Of a stretch of DNA of 64,000 nt, positions 38,101 to 49,756 are shown piece by piece. Made by a program: the position numbers and the translations under genes. The DNA is from Felis catus (lineage: Eukaryota), in NCBI RefSeq assembly GCF_018350175.1, contig NC_058368.1:139006001-139070000 (forward strand). The letters run 5' to 3'. Every line of letters starts with the position of its first letter. Position 1 is the stretch's first letter. A model generated the notes under the pieces. It had not been told where the DNA came from, did no database searches, and saw only the letters and a list, made by a program, of their open reading frames with translations.

Positions 38101-38990
38101 GCTTTGAGTACAGCACGCAGGGTTTGGTCCCTGCACTGTTGAAGGGCCTGAGTCCACTGTGGGCTCAGAGGGGGTGGGGGGGTGGGCAGCAGTCAAACTA
38201 GTCTGGACTTAGCCTCTCTGCTGCAGTTGTGGGAGCACCTCCCAGCAGGACTTGTTCCTGAGAAGCCAGCTAAAAGGCTCAGCTGCTGGAACTGCAGGCA
38301 TGTTGGTATATGGGGTTATTCTCCTCCTCTCCACGGGGGGGGGGGGGGGGGGCAGGAGGCACTTTGAATGAGGCGGGGCCCGGGGTGTTAGCAAAGCAGG
38401 TGAGGTGTTTGGTGTTAGCTATCTAGGTGTGGGGAGAAGAGAAATGATTGGTGCCTGCCACCACTTTGATTCTTAGAGAAGGTCTCCTCAAGATCCCTGC
38501 TCTTCCGGTGCATGTTCTGAGATTAGTAAATAAATCTCCTTTACCATACCCAGGCATTTTACGAACTGCTGCTTCTGTGCTGTGTGGGTGGTTATTTATT
38601 ATGTTCGCTGTTTAAGGGCAGAGACTTTGTTTCCTGTTGCCCTCTGGCTCTTGGAGGTAAGTGCACTGATTTTAAAAGTCCCACTGGTTTTCAAAGCCAG
38701 ATGTCATGGAGACACATCTTCTCAGTGCAAGTCCCCAGTATCTTGGGTGTCTGGTGTGGGGGCTCATGTCTCTGTGCATCTGATGTCCCTCTTGCTTGTG
38801 GTTAGTCTCACCAGGGTTTTGGTTCCCAACCATATCTCCATTCCTCTGTTTCAGTGTGGCCTTCGCTCTTTGATTAACTGTGGAAGGTCTGTTCTGCCAG
38901 TCTTTAGTATTAGTTGTCCAGATATAACTGTTAAGATATCTTGTTATGTCAATGGGACAAGGTGAACTTGGGATCTTCCTACTGTATCTT
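35117..38990 (-). mobile_element. L1 antisense segments: ORF2 C-terminus (35117-36145), then endonuclease start, ORF1 and 5'UTR
   Basis: KCPLIDEWIKKRW...MEY (35053-35295); gtgagtctcttgtagacag is minus-strand CLQETH; ORF1 coiled-coil remnant NRLEDAKEHISNLQD (37294-37632). Confidence 0.88.
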
Positions 38991-39036
38991 CTACCTGACC
39001 TCTACATTTTTATCTGATTCTATTTCTTATCTATAT

Positions 39037-39242
39037 CAGGGGTTGGCAAACTAGAGCCCAAGGGCCAAATCCAGTTTGTATTTGTTTCTGCTAATGAAGT
39101 TTTACTGGAACACAGCCACATCCATTTGTTTACATTTTATCTTGCTCTACAGCTGCAGGATCAGTTGTGACAGAAACATGTGGGTCATAAAACCAAGGTA
39201 CTTACTGTCTGGCCCTTCATGAAAAAAGTTTGCAAGCCCCTG
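39037..39242. mobile_element. MER58-like hAT-Charlie MITE
   Basis: Terminal inverted repeats caggggttggcaaact / agtttgcaagcccctg; degenerate 8-bp target site duplication atctatat / gtctttat. Confidence 0.85.
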
Positions 39243-39855
39243 GTCTTTATTGAGGCACTCCTTCCTCTGATGGTAAAAATCTTGCCATTATGCACTAGAG
39301 AACTTTTACTCTTTTGCCTAATTGCCTGTAGGTAGGTAAGCTATTTCCCATATGCATCAGCAAATCCTTTCAGTCTTGATGGAGAAAAGAGGCTTTAAGT
39401 TTTAATTAGCTGGTAGGGCAAACAAATCTACCCTTTTACTATTTTTATCTTTTTTCAATAGTCTGTTTATATTTTATATAACTAATACATTGTTTATTCC
39501 TCTAGAACATCAATAAAATTGATAGCAATTTCCCCAAAAATTCCTGAGAATTTTGTATTTGTATACCAAGTTTCTTTGATTGCTAAAGAAGGGATAGCAC
39601 TCAAATGTCAGAATTGTGATGAATTCTGTAAATGACTTTTTTCTGTGGGAATTGTAAGTCCTGATACTTAAATACTCCATTTTTCCCCCTGCTGTGTTCC
39701 CAAAAATGAACATTTTCTGTTCTAGGCCAATGCCTAAACTCACAAGAATTGAATTGGAATTCACAAGATGACTACCTTTTCCTAGAACAAAGTTAGAGCT
39801 CCCTGTTTAGAATAAATACAGATGCTGAATAGGCTTTTTAAAAAGTGACATACCA

Positions 39856-40528
39856 GGGGCGCCTGGGTGGCTCAGTCAGTTAAGCGTCCGACTTCGGCTC
39901 AGGTCATGATCTCACAGTCTGTGAGTTCGAGCCCTGCATCGGGCTCTGTGCTGACAGCTCAGAGCCTGGAGCCTGTTTCGGATTCTGTGTCTCCCTCTCT
40001 CTCTGACCCTCCCCCGTTCATGCTCTGTCTCTCCCTGTCTCAAAAATAAGTAAACATTAAAAAAAATAAAATAAAAGTGACATACCATATAATTTATACT
40101 TCTTTCTCGTTCTTGCTTTGCTGAAAAAGTAACTTATTTTTAAATTTTTATTTACTTATTTTTGAGATACAGCGTGCAGGAAGAGTAGGGAGAGAGAATC
40201 CCAAGCAGACTCTGTGCTGTCAGCGCAGAGCCCCACACAAGACTTGAACTCACGAACTGTGAGATCGTGACCTGAGCGGAAACCAAGAGTTGGATGCCTA
40301 ACCAACTGAGCCACCCAGGCGCTCCTGAAAAAGAATTTTTTTTGATGGCTTATTTATTTTTGAGAGAGAGCGAGCAAGCGAGGGGAGGGCAGAGAGAAGG
40401 GGACAGGATCTGAAGCAGGCTCTACACCGACAGCAGAGACCCCAGTGCAGGGCTCAAACTCAAAAACCATGAGATGATGACCTGAGCTGAAGTCGGACAC
40501 TTAACCGACTGAGCCACTCAGGCGCCCC
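39856..40528. mobile_element. SINECs at 39856-40073(+), 40137-40325(-) and 40335-40528(-)
   Basis: Perfect target site duplication aaaagtgacatacca for the first copy. Confidence 0.9.
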
Positions 40529-40621
40529 TAAAACGAAGTAGACACACTGGAGACAATACTGAATGTAGATAAGTAAGTTGGGTTGTGTGTGTATTATATC
40601 TGTGGTATGTTAATTTTTTAA

Positions 40622-40783
<162 letters not shown>

Positions 40784-42724
40784 TGATTTCATTAGAACTT
40801 TTGAGCTTAAATGTTTTTTCTTATGGATGGAATTAAAATATAAAAGTTACATGTTTGTGGTTTAAAAACTTCTTTAATAGGCCGTGGCTTAGCAATTTAG
40901 ATCCATAAAACTTTTTATAATGGTTAAGTTACTGTAAATAAGTGATGTCTAGTAGTTATATAAATAAAATTTTAAAAACTTAAATGAATGTAGGAGACCT
41001 GAAGCATTCATAACTAATAGAAGGTTAAGTATTTTTATCGCCTAATGTGGAGTTGTTACCGGATACTGTAAATGATTTCTTTCTGAAAAACTACATCGAG
41101 AATTTTAGAGATGAGAGCTTGTTAGCAAATAATCGCTGTCTCAGAAGTGTTCAAATTGTATTATAAATCAGTGGAGGTGGGAGCAAGCCCATGTCATCTT
41201 ATTTAATCTCCCTGTAATACAGAGAGACTGACATCCTTATCTGTAGTCGCAATTAGGAAGGGACAAAACCAGGACTCTAAATGTCCTCTATCCACAGTAC
41301 CCAAGCTCTCTCCAATGTTATGATGTAGTATAGGTTGAAATGTTACTGGCACTCACGTTTTTGTTTGCTTTTGTTTTACTTTTTATTACAGAAAAAATTT
41401 CACACATACACAGAAGTAAACATACAAGACAGAGATTTCCATGTCTTTGTCACCCAACTTCAGTAATCAGAACTTGGCCAATCTTGTATCACTTACGCTC
41501 ACCCTCCCTTCCTACCATATTTTAAAGAAAACCCCAGACACCACATCACATTTGTAAAAAGGTCTTTCTTTAAAAACAATAACAACAAACCCATAATATA
41601 CTATTGCAGCTGAAAAGTTAACAGTAATCCAGCTAATCAATCATTATTTATATTTCTCCAAGTGTTTTACCTTGTTTTAATGAACAAAATCTTATTTGTA
41701 ATGGCATGCAAATGAGTTCCATACATTGTGGTCAGTTAGTGTGTCCATTGTCTTGGTGTTATAGGTATCTACCCCGCCCATCTATTTTTTTTGTAATTTG
41801 CCATTTTTGTTAAACTAAATCATTTGTCTAGTTCCCAAAGTCTGGGTTTTGCTGATTGCATTCTCATATTGTCAGTTATCCTCCTGTCCTGTATTTACTA
41901 TGAATAGATCTGATCTTGATTAGATACAAATTTGGGGGAGTGAGACAGGATTACTTTTTAGGAGTTGAGCATTTACATTTATGTATAAATTTAGATATAG
42001 GTTATAATTTATATGTAATATTTACATATTTATGCCTTGAGAAATGTGCTTTACGCTAACACCTTTAATCAACTTTTAGTTACAACCCAAGTGTAACCTA
42101 TAAAGGGATTGAGGGTAATCTTAAAAAAAAAAAAAATCAAGTCCCTTATCAGAATATGTCTGGGGGAATTTTTAAAGCTGATAGTAATTAAAATGACTTC
42201 GAAAGGCAACAGCTCAGCTTTGTAATAGTGTGTGAATTTTTATTCTAAAATTGACAAGGGGAGTGTATTTTCCATTTTCACAAGTTTGACTTTGGAGTCA
42301 GACATTTTATTTGTATTTTGTTGTATGGTTACATGAGGTTGAAATAGCATGAGGATAGATGTTCCTGAACCAAAAGGAACTAGAAGAGATAGTTCTATTA
42401 GTAAATCTGGAATTAACCCACAGTGTGCTGAGAGCTGATAAGATACGGTAAATCATTTAAATGGCTGGCTCAGTCGGTAGACCATGCAGCTCTTGATCTT
42501 GGGGTAGTGAGTTCAAGCCCCACACTGGGCGTAGAGCTTCCTTGTGAATGAATGAATGAATAAAAGTGGGGATTAAAGAAAAAAAAAATGAGTCCTTCAC
42601 CACCACACCGGACCGTTTAATACATTGTTACACAAGAAAAATCACCTATCACTATGCAAACAGAACTGTTAAGAGTATCCTGGACAAACCCATTTCATAC
42701 ATTTTAATAAATACGGCTTTACAG

Positions 42725-42854
42725 GGCAGCTATTCTCTGTCTCATGTTTATACACCAAACGATGTCCATACGGTGATTGAATATGCCAGATTACGAGGGA
42801 TTCGAGTCATACCAGAATTTGATAGCCCTGGACATACACAGTCTTGGGGAAAAG
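42725..42854 (+). CDS. HEXB: HEXB exon 7
   Basis: tacag|[44 protein letters not shown]|gtaagg; 130 nt. Confidence 0.98.
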
Positions 42855-44261
42855 GTAAGGAGTGTCATTTTTAAGTTGCAAAGAGTGAATACCTGAGGTC
42901 CTTCCTGCATTTTTTTTTTTAATGTTGATATTTTTGAGAGAGTGCACGTGGGGGACGGGCAGAGAGAGAGGAAGAAAATCCCAAGCAGGCTCCATGCTAT
43001 CAGCACAGAGCCTGACTTGAGGCTCGAACTCACAAACCATAAGATCATGACATGAGCTGAAATCAAGAGTTGGACACTTAACTGAGCCACCCAGGTGTCC
43101 CTGTTCATTTTGTTCTTAATACCTTGTGGTTTGCACAAGGGTAGCACTATTGACAGATGGAATTCAGTTATTATGTGTCTGTTGTGAGCAAGTCACTGCC
43201 TAAAGTATGGAAAAAAACAAAAAGTCTAAAGGAAAAATTACAAGTAGAACATGCTAATTGAATGTAAGAAATAGTTTCCTGGATAACACTAAAAATGCTT
43301 TTGAGAGATCAAAGAATATATTCATGTTTCTGGTAAAGGGAATAACATGAGGAAGGGCATTAGCTGGAGTGTAGTGCAGCCAAGAGTAGGAAGCATTATA
43401 GGGTGGTTAAGAACTGAGTCTTGAGCCACACTGTCTGGGTTTGAATCCTACTTCTGCCTTTTATAAACTGAGTGACCTTGATCAAGTTGTAGAATGTCTC
43501 ATCCTCAGTTTCCCCATCTCTAAAATGTAGTAACTATCATATAAGTTTTTGAGGGTTAAATAACATGTAACACAGCACCTGGCATTTATAATTGTTCAGT
43601 ACTATTAGGGTAGATATGGAGGATATTGAGAAATCAGTCCGGTGAAGTACAGTGTGGAGGGCCTTGGGTGAGGAATGTGGGCTCCATCAGGACTCATGGG
43701 AACCACACTTCAGGAAAACCTATGTGATGAAGTGGTCGACTGGAAGGGGAAGGAGATGAAGTCCTAGACCAGAATGGTGTTAATGGGAATGGAAAATAAT
43801 GTACAGAACTGAGAGACATCCCTAGGACTTGGCAACTGATCAACCTTGAGAGAAGAAGGAAAACTTAAAGAGGAGGAAGATGGTAAACGTTTACCAGGAC
43901 ACAGTAATCAGGAGCAGCTACTGAAGGAGCTTACAGAACAGAGAATCTCGCTTTTGTTAGATGGTATTTGAAGTGCAGCTGGCATATCTAATTGTGTTGA
44001 GCAGGGAATCTGAAATATGGATTGAAACTTAGGAAAAAGGGCTTGGGTGAGGTCAAGATTTGTTAGTTCCAAATAAACGAGATATCTGAAATGGATAAAA
44101 TAGGGTGAGGAAAGGGAAACAGAGGTACAGAGGACAGGATTCAAGAAACAACTGCTCATAAGGTTATCTTTTTCTGTAAAAATTCTCTTACAGCTTCAAC
44201 AAAATAGAGTATAATCACATGCAGAGTGATGTCTTTGTGATTAAAATACTTCTTCTTCCAG

Positions 44262-44442
44262 GTCAGAAAGACCTCCTGACTCCATGTTACAATGAACATA
44301 AGCAGTCTGGGACCTTTGGACCTATAAACCCTATTCTGAATTCAACTTATAACTTCCTGTCTCAGTTTTTCAAAGAAGTTAGTATGGTGTTTCCAGATCA
44401 CTTTGTTCACTTGGGAGGAGATGAAGTGGAATTTCAATGTTG
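44262..44442 (+). CDS. HEXB: HEXB exon 8 (catalytic HLGGDE motif)
   Basis: tccag|GT CAG AAA GAC...[15 protein letters not shown]|gtatga; 181 nt; catalytic Asp-Glu codons at 44420-44425 intact. Confidence 0.98.
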
Positions 44443-45098
44443 GTATGACAATTCTTTAAAAGCCTTACTTTTTTAACCATTGCATTCGAAGTAGATATTA
44501 GAGGTTTCCACGTGAAAAAGGAAGATTTGGGAAAGATCTCTGCTTGCTAGGTTTTAAGTTAGCAACATAACTTGAGAATAAAAGCTTTTAGGAAGGAGAA
44601 TAAAGACGTGAAAGACCATGGGGACTGGAAACAGACTACAGTGAACAGGAACAGCTTTAGTGAAAAGGCAGTGATTAGGTGGGGGAGATTTTTCTCAAAT
44701 AAAAATCCTTGGCGGGGCGCCTGCGTGGCTCAGTCAGTTGAGTATCTGACTTGGTTTTGGCTCAGGTCATGAGCTCTGCGCTGACAGCATGGAGCCTGCT
44801 TGGGATTCTCTCTCTCTGCCCCTCCCCTGCTCACACACACACTGTCAGAATTAAATAAAACATTTAAACAAAAATCCTCTGCAAATAGCCTTAGTTGGAG
44901 GAGAGAGGTGGGGAGAGCTATTTTCACAAGTAACCAGCTTCTGGAAAAAATTATTTGTAATGAAAAACCTGGGTAACTCATAATAAAGTTTTTAGGCTTA
45001 TTTTCTGTCTACAAACTTTAATAGAGATCTATGCTGCTTTACATAGATTTGGTTGTTCAAACTTTTAATGTAGTTTTAATCACTGTTTTTTGTTAAAG

Positions 45099-45185
45099 GG
45101 AGTCTAATCCAGAAATCCAGGGTTTCATGAAGCAGAAAGGTTTTGGCAAAGATTTTAGAAGACTAGAATCTTTCTACCTTCAAAA
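45099..45185 (+). CDS. HEXB: HEXB exon 9
   Basis: taaag|[31 protein letters not shown]|gtaagt; 87 nt. Confidence 0.97.
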
Positions 45186-45694
45186 GTAAGTTACTTATAA
45201 GCCTCCTCTATTTTTATTTCATGTGTGATTTTTGTAAAAGTTTTAGCTATTTAGTACTCTTTTTTCATTTTCTCTCTACCCCTTGTGAAAGTATGGATAT
45301 TATATATAGAGATATATAGATAGTACCCCTTGTCAAAGATCTATATAATAATATAGATATTATATATATATAGATAGATATCTATATCTATCTATATATA
45401 TAGATATTATACCTTGTTGGACAAAGTGAAAAATCAAGAAGGAAGCAGTATGCACTGCTTTCTTTAAATCACTGACATTATGACGAAGACTTTTGCATTA
45501 AATGATGAAATAATGTTGAGTAGTCTTCTGTTCAAAGAATTCAGTTCAAAGCCCTGCTTTGCCTGTGAAGTCTTCATCACCATCCAGCCTGTGGAATTCA
45601 TTCCCTTTGGTCAACTCCAGGAGCATTCTTCTACTTTAGATCTCTTATGTCCAGTATGATAGCACAGCCACATGTGGCTGTTTATACTTACACT

Positions 45695-45853
45695 GGAGAA
45701 AATTTAAAGGGGCAGGTAGTAAATATTTTAGGCTTCATGGGCCCCACAGTTGCATAGTATTCTTGTTTTAAAACAATATTTACAAGTGTAAAAACCATCC
45801 TTAGCTCATGAGCCATACAAAAACAGGCCGTAGGCTGTAGTTTGCTAACTCTT
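45695..45853. mobile_element. MER58-like hAT fragment
   Basis: aaggggcaggtagtaaatattttaggctt...aaaaaccatccttagctcatgagccatacaaaaacagg...gtagtttgctaactc. Confidence 0.7.
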
Positions 45854-46313
45854 ATATTAGACAAGCCCAGATTCAAGCCTTTCCCTATTTTGCTTTTTGT
45901 GTAGTACATTCTAATTTTCTAATCCTGCACAATACCTGGAATTGTCTAGAGACTAGGAAACATTTGTGGACTAACTGCCAGGATTTTAGAGTTTATTCTA
46001 AGATACTCAAGAAATAACCAGAGATGGTGGTTTGTATATTACTTGAATTGCCATGTCTTCCCCACCTGGAGATGTACGTAGCACATTCATTCAGCAGATG
46101 ACTTTTAAACCCCTCTGCTGTGTGATGTCCCCAGCCATGTGCTGGAAAGCAGGAACCACATTGGGTCACGATCCAACTTGAGCAGGTTCTGCTTTAAAGC
46201 TGTGCTATAGTGCAAGGCACCTCTCAACATGGTAGTCCTTCACAGAAACCCTGCATGCTTTAAATATACTGTTAAGCTTGTGATCTGAAATTTTTTTTTT
46301 TCCCCAATGGTAG

Positions 46314-46386
46314 GCTTTTGGGTATTGTTTCAACTGTAAAGAAGGGATCCATAGTCTGGCAAGAGGTTTTTGATGATCACGTGAAG
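46314..46386 (+). CDS. HEXB: HEXB exon 10
   Basis: ggtag|G LLGIVSTVKKGSIVWQEVFDDHVK|gtgaga; 73 nt. Confidence 0.97.
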
Positions 46387-47024
46387 GTGAGAAGTATGAA
46401 GACTGCATTTGATTCTGATAATACGAGACACTTACTATTTTAACATCTTGGAAGGAAGGAACCCTAATGAAGTTGTCCCCAACATTATGGGGAAATTAGC
46501 TTACCTTTTAGTTTAAACTTTTGTTAGGCAATAGCTGTAGACCAAGGCTAGTGCCTCCCTTTCGTGTCTCCCATCTCCCTCCCCCCACTATTCTCATTAT
46601 TTGTCACAAGTTGAAGCACATGAAGTTTTGTTTTGTTTTACAAGGGCAGAACATGGGCACCTAGGTGGCTCAGGAGGTTGAGCATCCAACTGTTGATTTC
46701 AGCCCACATCATAATCCTGTGGGATTGAATCCCATGTGGGGTAAAACAACAAAAACAAGGGTAGAACAAACAAGAACAGATGAATCTTTATTGCTACGAA
46801 GGTAGCCACTAATTGTCAACATAGACACTTTTTATTTTCCTTTGGGTAACTGAGAATTTCAAATCCAGCTACTACTATTATCTTTCCAGAAGAGTTAGTG
46901 ACATCCTCACAGTTCCAAAGTAAGAATAATGGTAGTGTGGGACAAATGGGAGTGAAGCCTTAGTTGATTATACCTATACAGTGTCATATATAGGCAGAAG
47001 TTAAATATCCAACCTTAAGGTTGA

Positions 47025-47203
47025 TTTTTTTTTTTTTTTTTTTTTTGAGAGAAAGAACAGGGGAAGGGCAGAGAGAGAATCCTAAGCTGGCTACACACAG
47101 CACAGAGCCACTTGGGGCTTGAACTCATGAAGCCATGAAATAATGACCTGAGCCAAAACCAAGAGTTGGACCCTTAACCATGGTACTGAGCCACCCAGGT
47201 GCC
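47025..47203 (-). mobile_element. Older SINEC upstream of HEXB exon 11
   Basis: Poly-T tail; tgagccacccaggtgcc end. Confidence 0.85.
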
Positions 47204-47371
47204 TCAAGACTGATGAAACTTCTAATTTTAAGGCCCTATAGCCAGTAACGTTTGGTATTATGTTTTTCCAGAAGCTTAGAAAGTTATTTTCCTAGCAACA
47301 TGGGCTGGGACTTTTAATTTCATCTGTAATTGTTGGACCTGATCAATACATATTGCTTGTAACTTTAATAG

Positions 47372-47546
47372 CTTCTGCCAGGTACAATTGTTCAAGTGTG
47401 GAAAAATCAAGTATATACTGAGGAACTACGTGAAGTCACAGCAGCTGGCTTCCCTGTGATACTTTCTGCTCCTTGGTACTTAGATTGGATTAGTTATGGA
47501 CAAGACTGGAGAAATTACTATAAAGTGGACCCTCTTCATTTTGATG
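47372..47546 (+). CDS. HEXB: HEXB exon 11
   Basis: aatag|[15 protein letters not shown]...[28 protein letters not shown]|gtgagt; 175 nt. Confidence 0.97.
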
Positions 47547-48023
47547 GTGAGTGAAGCACTTTTCATTACCTGGGGTTGTTAGTTTTCTTCCCTTAATCTT
47601 CCACCGGGAAATTTTCATCCAGATATTACCTACTCACTATCCTCCCTTTTGTTTGGTCCTGATATTGTTGACTTGAAAAAAAAAAAAAAAAAAGGCCCCC
47701 AATACATCTTAAAATTTGTGAAAGAAACCATATCCTTGCCTGAATAAAAGAACTTCAAAAGTAGGTTCCTTTATATCCGTTTCCACTGCCGAGCATTGTT
47801 ACCTTACATTTTAAAGACGCTTGTCCGCATTAACCTTGTATCTCTGCTTTTGACTGCCTGGCCTTTCCAATTGTTAAGACACTTAAGGAAGGCTGTAGTC
47901 TCGTTCCCTGTATTTCAGGCTGTGTAGTCTTAGGTATACTTAGGAAGGGGGTGGTAGGACGAATAGAGGGGTGGAGCTTTATAGGCTCTCAGACCCCCTT
48001 CCTTAAGAACACTTCTACTTTGT

Positions 48024-48243
48024 GGGGCGCCTGGGTGGCGCAGTCGGTTAAGCGTCCGACTTCAGCCAGGTCACGATCTCGCGGTCCGTGAGTTCGAGCC
48101 CCGCGTCGGGCTCTGGGCTGATGGCTCGGAGCCTGGAGCCTGTTTCCGATTCTGTGTCTCCCTCTCTCTCTGCCCCTCCCCCGTTCATGCTCTGTCTCTC
48201 TCTGTCCCAAAAATAAATAAAAAACGTTGAAAAAAAAATTAAA
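48024..48243 (+). mobile_element. Very young SINEC_Fc in HEXB intron 11
   Basis: Perfect 19-bp target site duplication aagaacacttctactttgt; CpGs intact. Confidence 0.96.
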
Positions 48244-48723
48244 AAGAACACTTCTACTTTGTCCAGTTTTTAAAATTCCCTTAAAGAAAAAGAATGGTAG
48301 TGTTAAAAAAAAAAATGTTTCGAATCAGTATGTAAGTCTGTTAGGAATTGACATAATGTAATATCAATTGGGTACTTAGTCTTTTTTAGTACCACGAGGT
48401 AGCTATGAAGGCAGGAGTGAGCAGTAGTTATTAGTATTCCAACTTGAATTCCTGGCACACTCTTCTTAGGCAACCAAGGGAATAATGGTTCTTGAACCCA
48501 AAGCAGCTTGCACAAAACCAAAATAAAGCAGTGTGCTAGTATTAAAGATACCAATTTGCAGAAATATGCTAACAAGCATTGTGGGAATTAAGTTTGCTAC
48601 CTCTTTTTGTGCCAAAACCATGAACTGACCAGGGGACCAGTAATTGCCTCTGTCAGACTACTGCATTTTGCCTATTGCCTCTGCAACTACTTCATTTACA
48701 GCCATTCAATGATTTTAATGTAG

Positions 48724-48814
48724 GTTCTCAAGAACAGAAAAAACTTGTCATTGGTGGAGAAGCTTGTCTGTGGGGAGAATTTGTGGATGCAACTAACCTT
48801 ACTCCAAGATTATG
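48724..48814 (+). CDS. HEXB: HEXB exon 12
   Basis: tgtag|[33 protein letters not shown]|gtatgg; 91 nt. Confidence 0.97.
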
Positions 48815-48946
48815 GTATGGAATTTTAAGTGATAAATTTGAATTCAAGTGCCTTATTTTTCCTTCTCCATCCAAGTAGGGAAGTACTAGAAATTTCAGAA
48901 CACATAAATTTAAACTGCTTTGGGGGACATGTGATTTAACTTACAG

Positions 48947-49051
48947 GCCTCGGGCAAGTGCCGTTGGTGAAAGACTCTGGAGTCCAGAAGACATCACGAG
49001 TGTAGGGAATGCCTACAACAGACTGACAGTTCACCGCTGCAGAATGGTCAG
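48947..49051 (+). CDS. HEXB: HEXB exon 13
   Basis: tacag|[37 protein letters not shown]|gtacag; 105 nt. Confidence 0.97.
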
Positions 49052-49446
49052 GTACAGCATTTTGAAAGTTAGGACATTACCAAGTCCAGGATGATTAACT
49101 TTGTTTTCTATAAAAAGAACTGTGTGTCACCTAACAAGTAGTGATTTACTTAGAAACTGGGCATTGATTTTTGTACGAAACAGAATTATGCCCAAAAGGA
49201 GAAAAGATTATTTGAACTTTTTCTTTAAGAGGCACCTGCGTGGCTCAGTTGGTTAAGTACACCGACTTCACAGTCTCACGGTGCATGATTTCGAGCCCAA
49301 CGCTGGGCTCTCTGCTGTCAGCACAAAGCCAGCTTCAGATCCTCGGTCTCCCTTTGCCCCTCCCCCACTCAGGCTCTCAAAGAACTTAGGTTTTAGATTG
49401 ATAGTTTGCATCTTAATAATAAACTAATTCATACTTTGTTCTATAG

Positions 49447-49507
49447 ACGGGGAATATCTGCAGAACCTCTTTTTACTGGATATTGTGACTATGAATACAA
49501 AACATAA
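49447..49507 (+). CDS. HEXB: HEXB exon 14, coding part
   Basis: tatag|A RGISAEPLFTGYCDYEYKT TAA (49505-49507); the 14 exons sum to 1596 nt, i.e. 531 aa plus stop. Confidence 0.97.
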
Positions 49508-49613
49508 AAATGAGCCTAAACAAAGAAGAGGAGGGGACAAAACCTACAGCAGTCTGTACTACAATCAAATTGATTTTGAAATCATGGAAATTAAGATTTA
49601 GTGCACTGTTTTA

Positions 49614-49619
49614 AATAAA
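49614..49619 (+). terminator. HEXB: HEXB proximal polyadenylation signal AATAAA (a second lies at 49708-49713)
   Basis: Canonical hexamer about 107 nt after the stop codon. Confidence 0.75.
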
Positions 49620-49756
49620 AGATGTATCTTTTTTAAAATGGGACCTCTATCTGATTATAGAATGGGCAACTCCAGTACCACTGTCACTTTAGTTAGTTCA
49701 GTAAAGCAATAAAAATTCTTCTTACTGAAACTGCAGTTGATAGGGGCTCCGGAGTC

